Source of the DNA: Actinomycetaceae bacterium
GTDB taxonomy: Bacteria > Actinomycetota > Actinomycetes > Actinomycetales > Actinomycetaceae
DNA length: 54,519 bases
Assembly: GCA_017934115.1 (NCBI GenBank)
Contig: JAGBKC010000025.1
Coordinates: 1-54,519, forward strand
Direction: 5' to 3'
Shown here: in pieces, positions 38,050 to 48,741 of the stretch
How the letters are laid out: every line of letters starts with the position of its first letter
How positions within the stretch are numbered: the first letter of the stretch is position 1
Notes under the pieces: generated by a model
The model's input: the letters and a program-made list of their open reading frames with translations, nothing else
What the model was told of the DNA's origin: nothing
Database searches by the model: none
Position numbers and translations under genes: made by a program

Positions 38050-39398
38050 GTGACGTTGCAGAAGAAACACCTGTAAATCCTTATGGAGCTCCTGGAAAAC
38101 TTGCCCCTGTTCTTTCTGACATGTGGGATAAAGACAAATCATGGAAGCTTGAAACTTACCGCAATAATGGTGGGTATGAAGCTTTAGAAAAAGCATGGAG
38201 CTACGAAGGTGACGAAATCATCAACATAATGAAAGATGCTGGTTTGGTTGGTCGTGGCGGTGCAGGCTTCCCAACAGGTTTGAAGTGGTCATTCTTGCCA
38301 CCTCATGACGGTGGACCACGCTATCTTGTGGTCAACGCCGATGAATCAGAACCTGGCACGTGTAAAGACATTCCGCATTTGATGGCGAATCCGCATGTGT
38401 TGATCGAAGGAATGGCAATCTGTTTGAAAGCTGTTGGCGGTCATCATGGCTTTATTTACTTGCGTGGCGAGGTCGTCCATGTCTATCGACGTCTTTTAGC
38501 TGCTGTTCGTGAAGCATATGAAGCTGGCCTTATTGGTAAAGGTCGTGGCCCACAAGGTGATTACGATATTGATATTACGGTTCACGCTGGTGCTGGTGCC
38601 TACATCTGTGGTGAGGAAACTGCATTGCTTTCCGCGTTGGAAGGTTATCGTGGTCAGCCACGTTTGAAGCCTCCATTCCCAGCAGCCGAAGGTTTGTATG
38701 CACGCCCAACCGTTATTAATAATGTTGAAACCATTTCTTCTGTTCCAGGTGTTATTAAGAATGGTGCAGATTGGTTTAAGGCAATGGGTACAGAGAGTGC
38801 TAACGGTCATGTTATTTACTCTCTTTCAGGTCACGTAAAGAACCCAGGGCAATACGAAGCACCTATTGGCATTACAGCACGCGAATTATTTGATCTTGCT
38901 GGCGGAATTCGTCCGGGGCATAAGTTAAAGTTCTGGACACCAGGTGGTTCATCGACTCCTATCTTCACTGAAGATGAACTTGATGTTGTTATGGACTACA
39001 ACTCAGTCAAAGAAGCTGGCTCAATGTTGGCAACCCGTGCTATTCAAGTTTTTGATGAAACTGTTTCGGTTGTTCGTGTTGTAACGCGCTGGGCTGATTT
39101 CTATCAACATGAATCGTGCGGTAAATGTAGTCCCTGTCGTGAAGGTACATATTGGTTGCGTCAAATTCTTCACCGCCTTGAAGCTGGTAAAGGCCAGCCT
39201 GGCGATGTTGATATGTTGTTGAACATTACAAAGAATATCGGCGCAAATACCTTCTGTGCTTTGGGAGCTGCTGCAGCAACGCCTGTTAACGCTGGTATTG
39301 CTCGTTTCCGTGATGAATTCGAAGCAGGATACACAACTCCTGCGTGGGAGTTATTCCCATACGAAAAGACTCCTCGTTTTGCTGAGGAAGGTGAATAA
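38046..39398 (+). CDS. nuoF: NADH-quinone oxidoreductase subunit F
   Basis: GTG 38046 overlaps the nuoE stop (GTGA) after AAAGGAGGGG. It carries GRGGAGFPTGLKW and ESCGKCSPCREG. Confidence 0.95.
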   Translation: MSDVAEETPVNPYGAPGKLAPVLSDMWDKDKSWKLETYRNNGGYEALEKAWSYEGDEIINIMKDAGLVGRGGAGFPTGLKWSFLPPHDGGPRYLVVNADESEPGTCKDIPHLMANPHVLIEGMAICLKAVGGHHGFIYLRGEVVHVYRRLLAAVREAYEAGLIGKGRGPQGDYDIDITVHAGAGAYICGEETALLSALEGYRGQPRLKPPFPAAEGLYARPTVINNVETISSVPGVIKNGADWFKAMGTESANGHVIYSLSGHVKNPGQYEAPIGITARELFDLAGGIRPGHKLKFWTPGGSSTPIFTEDELDVVMDYNSVKEAGSMLATRAIQVFDETVSVVRVVTRWADFYQHESCGKCSPCREGTYWLRQILHRLEAGKGQPGDVDMLLNITKNIGANTFCALGAAAATPVNAGIARFRDEFEAGYTTPAWELFPYEKTPRFAEEGE

Positions 39399-41962
39399 TG
39401 TCTGAGCTTATTGATGTAAAAATTGATGGCAAAGTAGTTTCAGTAGAGCCTGGCACATTAGTGATTCGCGCTGCTGAAAAAGCTGGTGTGATCATTCCTC
39501 GTTTTTGTGATCACCCATTATTGAAACCAGCTGCTGCATGTCGCCAATGTTTGGTGGAAATCGCAGCACCTGGCCGTGATGGTACAGTTGCAAAAATGCC
39601 GCGCCCAATGCCTGCATGTGCTGAGCGAGTGCGTCCGCAAATGGAAGTGTATACACAACACACATCTGAAAAGGCAAAAGAAGCACAATTTGGTGTGATG
39701 GAATTCCTTTTGATCAACCATCCTCTTGATTGCCCGATCTGTGATAAGGGCGGTGAATGCCCATTGCAAAATCAGGCAATGACGGAAGGTCGAACAGATA
39801 CTCGTTTTGTTGATGTTAAGCGCACCTATCCAAAGCCTTTGAAAATCGCTTCAAATGTCTTGCTTGATCGCGACCGTTGCGTATTGTGTCAGCGTTGTGT
39901 GCGTTTCCAAAAGGAAATTGCCGGCGATCCATTCATTCAGCTTCAAGGTCGCGGTGGTGGAACACCAGGATATGACATTCATGCTTTGCACGGCTCACAA
40001 ATTGGCCAGTTCGATGCTTCTGCATTGGATTTCTGTGATTCTGACGGTGCACATCCACATAAAGTATCGAATGGGCTTTCTGATCCATATGGTCAGCCTG
40101 GTTTGGCAGAAGGCTTTTCTGCTGGCCCTGTTGCTGTGGAAGAAAAGGATATTGAAGGGCGTCCATTTACATCTTACTTCACCGGCAACATCATTCAGAT
40201 CTGCCCAGTTGGTGCATTAACAAGTGAATCGTATCGATTCCGTGCTCGTCCATTTGATTTGATGAGCGTTCCAGGTGTCACAGAGCATGATGCTTCGGGG
40301 AGCGCTTTGCGTGTGGATATGCGTCGCGGCGTCATTGTGAGGCGTCATGCGGGCGAAGATCCAGAAGTCAATGAAGAATGGATTACTGATAAAGATCGGT
40401 GGGCATTCCAGTGGCAGAATGGCGAAGATCGCTTGAGTAGTGCTTTTGTGAAAGAAAATGGTGAACGTGTTGCTGTTTCTTTGCCTGAAAGCTATAGCAT
40501 TGCAGCACGCAAACTTTCTGCTGTTAAAGGTAAAGGTATAGCTGTTCTTATTGGCGGTCGCCTTCCTATGGAAGATGCCTATGCGTATGCTAAGTTTGCA
40601 CGTATTGCTTTGAATACTAATGATATTGACTTCCGCACGCGCACTGTATCAGAAGAAGAAAATGCTTTCCTTGCTTCTACTGTTGCAGGAAGTGGCCTTG
40701 GTGTGACATATAAAGACCTAGAAACAGCAGGTCATGTTCTCACAGTTGGCTTTGAAGCTGAAGAAGAATGTGGCTCTGTTTTCTTGCGTTTGCGTAAAGG
40801 TGTTTTCAATAAGAAAACATCGGTTTCTGTTCTTGCACCTTATGCAACTGCTGGAACGAAGAAACTTAGCGCGCGCCTTATCCCAGTTGTTCCTAGCCAA
40901 GAAGCAACTGCTCTTGATTATTTGCGTGAAGGCGATGAAACCTTCGATGCTTTGAAGAATAATGGCATTATTCTTGTGGGTGAGCGTTTGGGCGCATGCG
41001 AAGGCGGTCTTTCTGCTGCACTTCGCTTAGCTGAACGCACTGGAGCACGTCTTGCATGGATTCCGCGTCGCGCAGGCGATCGCGGTGCTCTTGAAGTGGG
41101 TGCTGTTGGTCATCTTTTGCCTGGTGGCCGCCCTGTGGAAAATGCTCAGGCTCGTGCAGATATTCAAGCTGTATGGGGTGTTGAATCGCTGCCAACACAA
41201 GCAGGAAAGAGTGTTGATGGCATTATTGAAGCAGCTCTGAACGGATCAATTGCTGGTCTTGTATGTGCTGGTGTTGATCTTAGTGACCTTCCATCTTCAG
41301 CTCGTAAGGCATTAGAAAAGCTTGAATGTGTTATTTCTCTTGAAGTTCGCGATACTGAACTGGCATCATATGCTGATGTTGTTATTCCAGTTGCACCACC
41401 AAGTGAAAAGGGTGGTTCTTTCGTGAACTGGGAGGGACGTATCCGCCCATTTGGTCAAGCTCTCACGTCTGTTACCATGCCGGATCGCACAGTGTTGCAT
41501 GAGATTGCTTCCCGTATGGGAGTCAATATCGGCACTGCTAAATTGGCTGATTGTGTTGATGAAATCATTGAAATCGGTTCGTGGAATGGTCCGCGCCTTG
41601 CAGTTCCGGGGTTAGGTTCACCAATGCCTGAACTTCCTCAGGACGGCTACGCTGTTCTTGCGTCATGGAACTTGATGCTTGGTGCTGGTTGCTTGCAAGA
41701 TTTTGAACCTCATCTGGCTTCTGGTGCACGCGCTCCATATGCAATTTTGTCTGGTCCAACTGCACATAAGTTTGGTTTGAATACGTCAATGGTGGAAGTT
41801 TCTGGCCCAGAGGGCTCAGTTGTTTTGCCTTACGTTACAAATTCTGATATTCCTGATTCTGTTGTATGGCTGCCGCAGAATTCTCGTGGATGTTCCCTTG
41901 CTACACTTGGCGTTCAAGCTGGTAGCTTGGTGCAACTCAAAGCAGCTGGGGAGGTGGCATAG
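39398..41962 (+). CDS. nuoG: NADH-quinone oxidoreductase subunit G
   Basis: 854 aa with the N-terminal 2Fe-2S/4Fe-4S motifs (CDHPLL...CRQCLVE, HPLDCPICDKGGECPLQ). Confidence 0.95.
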   Translation: MSELIDVKIDGKVVSVEPGTLVIRAAEKAGVIIPRFCDHPLLKPAAACRQCLVEIAAPGRDGTVAKMPRPMPACAERVRPQMEVYTQHTSEKAKEAQFGVMEFLLINHPLDCPICDKGGECPLQNQAMTEGRTDTRFVDVKRTYPKPLKIASNVLLDRDRCVLCQRCVRFQKEIAGDPFIQLQGRGGGTPGYDIHALHGSQIGQFDASALDFCDSDGAHPHKVSNGLSDPYGQPGLAEGFSAGPVAVEEKDIEGRPFTSYFTGNIIQICPVGALTSESYRFRARPFDLMSVPGVTEHDASGSALRVDMRRGVIVRRHAGEDPEVNEEWITDKDRWAFQWQNGEDRLSSAFVKENGERVAVSLPESYSIAARKLSAVKGKGIAVLIGGRLPMEDAYAYAKFARIALNTNDIDFRTRTVSEEENAFLASTVAGSGLGVTYKDLETAGHVLTVGFEAEEECGSVFLRLRKGVFNKKTSVSVLAPYATAGTKKLSARLIPVVPSQEATALDYLREGDETFDALKNNGIILVGERLGACEGGLSAALRLAERTGARLAWIPRRAGDRGALEVGAVGHLLPGGRPVENAQARADIQAVWGVESLPTQAGKSVDGIIEAALNGSIAGLVCAGVDLSDLPSSARKALEKLECVISLEVRDTELASYADVVIPVAPPSEKGGSFVNWEGRIRPFGQALTSVTMPDRTVLHEIASRMGVNIGTAKLADCVDEIIEIGSWNGPRLAVPGLGSPMPELPQDGYAVLASWNLMLGAGCLQDFEPHLASGARAPYAILSGPTAHKFGLNTSMVEVSGPEGSVVLPYVTNSDIPDSVVWLPQNSRGCSLATLGVQAGSLVQLKAAGEVA

Positions 41963-43365
41963 TGAACTTTTTAGCTGAAGTTTCACAGCAGGTGCCTGCT
42001 AACTTTCAGGAAGATAACATTTGGATTTGGCTCATTAAAGCAGTTCTTATCCTTGTCTACTTGTTGACATCTGTCATTTTCGTTCTTGTTTTTGAACGTA
42101 AGGTGCTGGGGCGTATGCAGAACCGCCGTGGTCCAAATCGTGTTGGTCCAGCAGGTATTTTTCAGTCTTTTGCTGATGCGCCAAAACTTTTGTTGAAAGA
42201 GCACATCTGGCCAAATGATGTTGATAAACTCATCTTCTTCTTCGCTCCAACTGTTTCAGCTGCTGCATCCTTCATTGTGATGGCTGTTATTCCAGTTGGG
42301 CCACAAGTTTCTGTTTTTGGTATTCATACACCATTGCAATTAGCTGATTCACCAGTGTCAATGCTTTTCATTGTTGCTGTAGCTGCTTTAGGCGAATATG
42401 GTCTTGTGTTTGGTGGATGGTCTTCTCACGCGCCACTTCCATTGATTGGTTCGGTGCGAAGTGCAACTCAGATGATTTCTTATGAATTGGGGCTTTCTAT
42501 CGCCCTCGTTACCGTCTTCTTGTATAACGGAACGATGTCGACATCTGGCCTTGTTGCTGCTCAAACAGATATGTGGAACGTATTGCCAATGTTCCCTGCA
42601 TTCATCGTGTATCTCATTTCTATGTTTGGTGAAACAAATCGTTTGCCATTCGATCTTCCAGAAGCTGAAGGTGAAATCGTTGCTGGTGCACACACTGAAT
42701 ATTCATCCATGAAGTTCGGATGGTACTACCTTTCCGAATACCTCAACATGTTTAATGTTTCCATGATTGGTACAACGGTCTTCTTCGGTGGATGGCGTGC
42801 TGGTCCAATTGTGACATGGCTCTTTGATCTTATGGGTGTCGATGCCAACGCAAATTGGTGGCCAGTCTTGTGGTTCACATTGAAGATCTGGTGCTTCATC
42901 TTCTTTATTGTCTGGGTGCGTGCAACGCTTGTTCGTATGCGTTATGACACCTTTATGAAGTTGGGATGGAAAGTGCTTATCCCTGTTGCTTTGGCGTGGT
43001 TAACACTCGTCATGATCGGTAAGGGTCTTGATGCTTTTGTTGACTTTACAAAGATTTCATGGATTAACTCTATCTTGTTGTTCGTTCAAAATAATCGCCC
43101 AGTGATGATGATTGTTTTCGTTGTTCTTATTTTGGCTGTCTTGCTCTTAATGATGGCCCCTGAAAAGAAGAATGAAGCTATTGAAATTGAAGATGCGCGT
43201 TTTGTTTCTCAAGATGAAGAGTTTGATGCTTTTGCTGGTGGCTTCCCAGTTCCACCTTTGAATGGTCAAAAACTTCCACCATCACCACGTGCGCAACGCG
43301 TGGAAGTTGCTCAAGCAGCTCCAGCTCAAGTAACTCAAAAGGAGGAAAGCAATGACGGAGAATAA
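41962..43365 (+). CDS. nuoH: NADH-quinone oxidoreductase subunit H
   Basis: A polytopic membrane protein with [15 protein letters not shown] and the actinobacterial C-terminal extension ([13 protein letters not shown]). Confidence 0.94.
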   Translation: MNFLAEVSQQVPANFQEDNIWIWLIKAVLILVYLLTSVIFVLVFERKVLGRMQNRRGPNRVGPAGIFQSFADAPKLLLKEHIWPNDVDKLIFFFAPTVSAAASFIVMAVIPVGPQVSVFGIHTPLQLADSPVSMLFIVAVAALGEYGLVFGGWSSHAPLPLIGSVRSATQMISYELGLSIALVTVFLYNGTMSTSGLVAAQTDMWNVLPMFPAFIVYLISMFGETNRLPFDLPEAEGEIVAGAHTEYSSMKFGWYYLSEYLNMFNVSMIGTTVFFGGWRAGPIVTWLFDLMGVDANANWWPVLWFTLKIWCFIFFIVWVRATLVRMRYDTFMKLGWKVLIPVALAWLTLVMIGKGLDAFVDFTKISWINSILLFVQNNRPVMMIVFVVLILAVLLLMMAPEKKNEAIEIEDARFVSQDEEFDAFAGGFPVPPLNGQKLPPSPRAQRVEVAQAAPAQVTQKEESNDGE

Positions 43366-44023
43366 TGCTTCCCAGTGGGATACTCTTGATGAGAAATTGT
43401 GGGCACCTCGTAAACGTACAGGTTTAAGAAAAGCTCTTGCTCCTGTTGAAGGTTTTGGTGTTACTTTTTCGACTCTTTTTAGAAAACCTACAACAGAGGA
43501 ATACCCAGAAAAGCCTGTGCCTCCTGCGCCGCGTTATCACGGGCGTCATCAATTAAATCGTTATGATGATGGGCTTGAACGTTGTGTTGGTTGTGAATTA
43601 TGTGCGTGGGCATGTCCTTCTGATGCAATTTTCGTTGAGGCTGGCGCAAATACCCCTGATGCTCAATATTCGCCGGGCGAACGTTTCGGTAAGGTCTATC
43701 AAATCAATTATTTGCGATGCATTTTCTGCGGTTTCTGTATTCAAGCATGCCCAACGCGTGCGTTGACAATGACAACGAATTTTGAAGTTGCAGGCCCCAC
43801 ACGTTCGTCAATGATTTATGAAAAGAAAGACCTTCTTGCTCCATTGAAGGAGGGGACACTTGCTGCTCCACACCCAATGGTGGAAGGTATGACTGACGAC
43901 GACTACTACAACGGTAAAATTACAGGACCTACGCAAGAACAGGTTGATTGGGTGAAAGAACATCGTCCTGATGAACCAACACTTGCAACGGTGAAGGTGC
44001 AACAGGAGGCTGCTCGTGCTTAG
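43352..44023 (+). CDS. nuoI: NADH-quinone oxidoreductase subunit I
   Basis: Two 4Fe-4S motifs, [12 protein letters not shown] and [12 protein letters not shown]. Confidence 0.95.
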   Translation: MTENNASQWDTLDEKLWAPRKRTGLRKALAPVEGFGVTFSTLFRKPTTEEYPEKPVPPAPRYHGRHQLNRYDDGLERCVGCELCAWACPSDAIFVEAGANTPDAQYSPGERFGKVYQINYLRCIFCGFCIQACPTRALTMTTNFEVAGPTRSSMIYEKKDLLAPLKEGTLAAPHPMVEGMTDDDYYNGKITGPTQEQVDWVKEHRPDEPTLATVKVQQEAARA

Positions 44024-44921
44024 TGCAACTCTTACGATTTACACGGGCGAAGTAATCCTTTTTGCCATCCTTGCAATTGCGATGATTGGTATGGCTGTTT
44101 ATGGATTGCTCATTGCTCGTAAAGCTGCCCACTCAACAGCAGCAATGATTGTTGTGATGGTTGGTTTTGCCTTTTTATACGTCATGCTTGAAGCTCCATT
44201 TATGGGTGTTGTTCAGGTGGCTGTGTATACAGGTGCAATTTTGATGATGTTCCTCTTTGTGTTGATGATGATTGGTGTTGATCTTTCAGAAGACAAGCGT
44301 GATTCGTTGATCGGCCAACGTGTTATTGCAGCGATCGGTAGCTTAGGGGTCATTATTATTAGCGCAGGTGTGGTGATGGCAGTACGTCATCCAGAAGCTG
44401 AAGGTTTAAAAGCTGCTAATGGTGATTCCAATCCTTCAAGTGTGGCAAAGCAAATTTTTGGTTCTCATCTTTTGACGATGGAGCTTGTGGGAGCTGTTCT
44501 GATTGTTGCAGCTCTTGGCGCTATGGCTCTTACTCATCATGAGCCATTGCGTAAGAAGATCACGCAAGAAGAGCTCGTGGATGCAAAAATGCGTGCCTAT
44601 GCTGAAAATGGCCGTCATATTGGTCAAAAGCCGCGCACTGGTGTTTATGCAGAATCAAATAGTGCAGCTAATCCGGCGCTTGATCCCTATGGTCAACCTA
44701 TTGAAGAATCTGTTCCACGTATGCTTCGTGTGCGTGGTCAACAGAATACATTGGAGGAGATTTCACCTATTACAGTTGCGCGCCGCACTGAAGGTGTGCT
44801 CGATTCGCCAGTCGGTAAATCTACGATGGTAGGCATGCATGGCGAGTCTGCTCCTGTTTATCCATCGCAAGATGTTCAAACTTCTGAAGATTCTTCTACG
44901 AATAAGGAGGAAACGAAGTGA
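44016..44921 (+). CDS. nuoJ: NADH-quinone oxidoreductase subunit J
   Basis: GTG start 7 nt after AGGAGG. It has a membrane N-terminal half and a hydrophilic C-terminal extension, in operon position. Confidence 0.9.
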   Translation: MLSATLTIYTGEVILFAILAIAMIGMAVYGLLIARKAAHSTAAMIVVMVGFAFLYVMLEAPFMGVVQVAVYTGAILMMFLFVLMMIGVDLSEDKRDSLIGQRVIAAIGSLGVIIISAGVVMAVRHPEAEGLKAANGDSNPSSVAKQIFGSHLLTMELVGAVLIVAALGAMALTHHEPLRKKITQEELVDAKMRAYAENGRHIGQKPRTGVYAESNSAANPALDPYGQPIEESVPRMLRVRGQQNTLEEISPITVARRTEGVLDSPVGKSTMVGMHGESAPVYPSQDVQTSEDSSTNKEETK

Positions 44922-45217
44922 ACCTTATGATGTATGTTGTTCTCGCTATTATCTTGTTCGCTATTGGTGGTGCAACAGTCTTGATAAGGCGAAATACTAT
45001 TATTGCCTTACTTGGCATTGAGCTTATGCTTAATTCATGTAATCTCGTTTTCCTTACTTTTTCTCGTATGTGGGGAAATCTTGAAGGTCAAGCATTTGCC
45101 TTCTTTGTTATGGTTGTTGCTGCTGCAGAAGTAGTAGTAGGTTTGGCCATTGTCGTGTCCTTGTTTAATACACATCGTTCTGCCTCTATTGATGGCGTGA
45201 ACCAGTTGAAGAATTAA
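44918..45217 (+). CDS. nuoK: NADH-quinone oxidoreductase subunit K
   Basis: 99 aa with three TM helices and the [11 protein letters not shown] motif. Confidence 0.93.
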   Translation: MNLMMYVVLAIILFAIGGATVLIRRNTIIALLGIELMLNSCNLVFLTFSRMWGNLEGQAFAFFVMVVAAAEVVVGLAIVVSLFNTHRSASIDGVNQLKN

Positions 45218-45239
45218 CGGAAGGGAGGGTGTAAAAACA

Positions 45240-47213
45240 GTGAATACAATAACTTCCGTACACATTGCTGCTCAAGGAATAAGCGGGCAAGCTTACGCGT
45301 TACCAGCTGAGGGTATGGCATCGTATATTTGGTTATGTGTTGCTATTCCGCTTATCAGTTCAGGACTTCTTCTTGTTTTGGGTAAACGATCCAATACATG
45401 GGGTCACTGGTTGAGTATTTCTGCTTCTGCAGCATCTTTTGTTGTTGCTTTTATTACTTTGTTGCAAGTACTTGGGCGCCCAAGTGCAGAACGCGTCATG
45501 GACGCATCGCTTTATAAGTGGATTGCAACAAGCGAATTCAGTGTCGATCTTGCAATGCGTGTTGATCCTTTGTCATTGAGCTTCCTTATGCTTGTGACAT
45601 TCGTAGGCACGCTCATTCATATTTACTCTGTTGCTTATATGGAGCATGATCCAGATCGTCGTCGTTTCTTTGCTTATTTGAATTTCTTCGTTGCTTCCAT
45701 GCTTTTGCTGGTTCTTGGAAATTCGTATCTCGTCTTATTCTTCGGATGGGAAGGCGTTGGTTTGGCTTCCTTCCTTCTTATCTCTTTCTGGGATCAAAAG
45801 CCAGAAAATGCAACTGCTGGTAAGAAGGCATTTGTTATGAACCGTGTGGGCGATATGGGCATGATCATTGCAATGGTCATTATGTTTGCAGAATTTAAGT
45901 CCGTTGATTTTATGGATGTTTCACAAGGTGTCGCTCATGTTTCACAAGGAACATCAACGGCAATTGGCATCTTCTTGCTTGTGGCTGCCTGCGGTAAATC
46001 TGCGCAATTCCCATTGCAAGCATGGCTGGGTGACGCTATGGCCGGTCCAACCCCTGTTTCGGCTTTGATTCACGCCGCAACCATGGTTACTGCTGGTGTT
46101 TACTTGATGGTTCGCTCGGGTGCTATTTATGCACAAAGTGAAACAGCGCAGCTTCTTGTCGCTGTCATCGGGCTTATTACATTGATCTTCGGCGCTATTG
46201 TTGGTGCTGCAAAAGACGATATGAAGAAAGTTCTTGCTGCCTCAACCATGTCTCAGATTGGTTATATGATGCTTGCTGCAGGTCTTGGGCCAGTTGGTGC
46301 AGCTTTTGGTATCTTCCATCTTGTTACGCACGGTGCCTTCAAAGCAAATATGTTCTTGGGTGCAGGTAGTGTCATGCACGCTATGAATGACGAAGTTGAT
46401 ATTCGTGGCTTTGGTGGATTGCGTAAATACATGCCAAAGACCTTCTATACCTTTGGTGCTGGCTATCTTGCAATTATCGGTTTAGTATTCTTGTCTGGTT
46501 ACTGGTCAAAAGATAAGATTATTGAAGCTGCGTTTACCACTGATGCCGGCCATCCATGGATTTTCGGTACAGCAACATTGATTGTTGCTGGAGTAACAGC
46601 TTTCTACATGAGCCGTCTTTTCTTTGCAATCTTCTTCGGAAAAGAACGTTTCGATCATGAAACTCATCATCCTCATGAAGCTCCTGCCTTGATGTGGGTA
46701 CCTCAAGCTATCCTTGCTTTTGGTTCTCTCTTCTTGGGTGGTTTCTTATCGTATATTGATTTCCCAGGCTGGTTGGCTCCAGCTATTGGTGAATCAACAT
46801 TGCATCATGCAGTTGATAGTGGGCATCTTGTTCTTCCATCCATCGTTATTACGATATCTGTTCAAGTTGTGATGGTTATTGGTGTTCTTCTTGCCTGGGT
46901 CAACTATGGCAAAGATATGCCAAAGGTTGCTCCAGAAGGCAATGCTCTTACACGTGCTGCACGCCGTGATCTTTTCCAAGATGACATCAACGAAAATCTC
47001 TTTATGAAGCCAGGTATTGGCTTAACAACTGCACTAAGTGTTGTTGATGAGAAAATCGTTGATGGAGCTGTTGAAGGAACAGGTAAGCTCACTCCTGCAT
47101 TAGGGCGTTGGTTTGCTAAGTTCCAAAATGGCTATGCTCGTTCGTATGCTTCGCTTATGTTAGCAGGCATCGTTATTGTCCTCCTCATTGCTCTCGCAGG
47201 CAGAATGTTCTAA
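45240..47213 (+). CDS. nuoL: NADH-quinone oxidoreductase subunit L
   Basis: 657-aa antiporter-like subunit (WEGVGLASFLLISFW) with GTG start after GGAGGG. Confidence 0.94.
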   Translation: MNTITSVHIAAQGISGQAYALPAEGMASYIWLCVAIPLISSGLLLVLGKRSNTWGHWLSISASAASFVVAFITLLQVLGRPSAERVMDASLYKWIATSEFSVDLAMRVDPLSLSFLMLVTFVGTLIHIYSVAYMEHDPDRRRFFAYLNFFVASMLLLVLGNSYLVLFFGWEGVGLASFLLISFWDQKPENATAGKKAFVMNRVGDMGMIIAMVIMFAEFKSVDFMDVSQGVAHVSQGTSTAIGIFLLVAACGKSAQFPLQAWLGDAMAGPTPVSALIHAATMVTAGVYLMVRSGAIYAQSETAQLLVAVIGLITLIFGAIVGAAKDDMKKVLAASTMSQIGYMMLAAGLGPVGAAFGIFHLVTHGAFKANMFLGAGSVMHAMNDEVDIRGFGGLRKYMPKTFYTFGAGYLAIIGLVFLSGYWSKDKIIEAAFTTDAGHPWIFGTATLIVAGVTAFYMSRLFFAIFFGKERFDHETHHPHEAPALMWVPQAILAFGSLFLGGFLSYIDFPGWLAPAIGESTLHHAVDSGHLVLPSIVITISVQVVMVIGVLLAWVNYGKDMPKVAPEGNALTRAARRDLFQDDINENLFMKPGIGLTTALSVVDEKIVDGAVEGTGKLTPALGRWFAKFQNGYARSYASLMLAGIVIVLLIALAGRMF

Positions 47214-47228
47214 GGGGGAAGGTGAGAA

Positions 47229-48740
47229 ATGTATATAACTATTTTAATTTCGTTAGCTGTTTTTGCAGCTGTGCTTTTACCTCTTGTAAAGCCTTTGCAA
47301 AGTATTGCTTATCTGTATGGTTTGGCAGTTTCTGCAATTATTTTCCTTATCTTTGTGTTGATGGCTTTCTCATGGGATATGGATTCTACTGCTCCATACC
47401 AATTCGCTGAAACTTATTCTTGGATTCCTCAACTTGGCATTTCCTATGCTGTTGGTTTGAACGGAATGAGCCTTGTCATGGTGGGCTTGTCGACATTTCT
47501 TGTGCCCATTGTATTCTTAGCTGCACGAGATGAGTTAGCTGAAGAATCAACACATCGTGCTGCAGGCTATGTTGCATGGGTCTTGTTTCTCGAAGCGATC
47601 ATGATCGGCATTTTCGCCGCTCGTGATGTCTTCCTTTTCTATGTTCTCTTCGAATTGATGATTATCCCTGTCTTCTTCCTTATAGGGAGATACGGTGGAG
47701 AAAATAAACGACATGCATCGATCAAGTTCTTGTTGTATTCACTTCTCGGTGGGCTTGTGATGCTAGTTGGTGTTGTCGCTATCTTTGCTTATAACGGTAA
47801 TGGTGGCGATAGTCCGTCGTATTTGATAGAAAACTTAAGTGTTCCAGGTGTGATTCCTGGAAATGCGCAAATGTGGATGTTCATTACGTTCTTTATAGCT
47901 TTTGCTATTAAAGCTCCGATGTTCCCAGTTCATACATGGTTGCCAGATACAACTGCTCAAGCCCGTCCTGGCACATCGACACTTCTTGTTGGTGTTCTCG
48001 ATAAAATCGGTGCTTATGGCATGATTGCTTTCTGCTTGCCGCTTTTCCCAGATGCTTCCCGAGATGCACGCTTGGTCATTATGGTTCTTGCGGTCATTTC
48101 GATTATCTGGGGTGGATTCATGGCTATTGGTTCTCAGAACTTAATGCGTCTTATTGCATATACATCTGTGAGCCACTTTGGTTTCATGATTCTCGGTATA
48201 TTCTCAGGTTCTGAAACTGCTATGAAGGGCGCAATTTTGTATATGGTTGCTCATGGTGTGGCAACTGGTGCTTTGTTCTTAACTGTTGGATTCTTAGGGC
48301 GTCGTGGCGGAAACTATGAGATTTCTACCTATGGTGGCTATAAGAGGGTTACGCCGCTTATAGCAGGTGTATTCCTTGTTTCGGGCTTAGCAACAATCGC
48401 TATGCCTGGTCTTTCTGGTTTCGTTCCTGAAGTTATGGTCCTGATGGGTACATTCTCTGTACATCATGGCCTTGGTATTGCTGCAGTGTTCGGTATGCTT
48501 CTTGCTGCGTTGTACTTACTGTGGCCGTATCAAAAGGTCTTTACTGGTGAAAAGCCAGAGATTGAAAAACCAGATATGAATACATCTGAACGTGTTGTTT
48601 CTGCTATTTTGATCGCAGCTATGCTTTACCTTGGTTTTGCTCCAAGCGGGGCATTGAGCGTGATTGAACCTGTTGCGAAACAATCGGCACAATATCTTGT
48701 TGTTGACGATTCACTGAACGTGGAAGGAAGTGCAAAGTAA
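47229..48740 (+). CDS. nuoM: NADH-quinone oxidoreductase subunit M
   Basis: 503-aa antiporter-like subunit (FAIKAPMFPVHTWLPD). Confidence 0.94.
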   Translation: MYITILISLAVFAAVLLPLVKPLQSIAYLYGLAVSAIIFLIFVLMAFSWDMDSTAPYQFAETYSWIPQLGISYAVGLNGMSLVMVGLSTFLVPIVFLAARDELAEESTHRAAGYVAWVLFLEAIMIGIFAARDVFLFYVLFELMIIPVFFLIGRYGGENKRHASIKFLLYSLLGGLVMLVGVVAIFAYNGNGGDSPSYLIENLSVPGVIPGNAQMWMFITFFIAFAIKAPMFPVHTWLPDTTAQARPGTSTLLVGVLDKIGAYGMIAFCLPLFPDASRDARLVIMVLAVISIIWGGFMAIGSQNLMRLIAYTSVSHFGFMILGIFSGSETAMKGAILYMVAHGVATGALFLTVGFLGRRGGNYEISTYGGYKRVTPLIAGVFLVSGLATIAMPGLSGFVPEVMVLMGTFSVHHGLGIAAVFGMLLAALYLLWPYQKVFTGEKPEIEKPDMNTSERVVSAILIAAMLYLGFAPSGALSVIEPVAKQSAQYLVVDDSLNVEGSAK

Positions 48741-48741
48741 G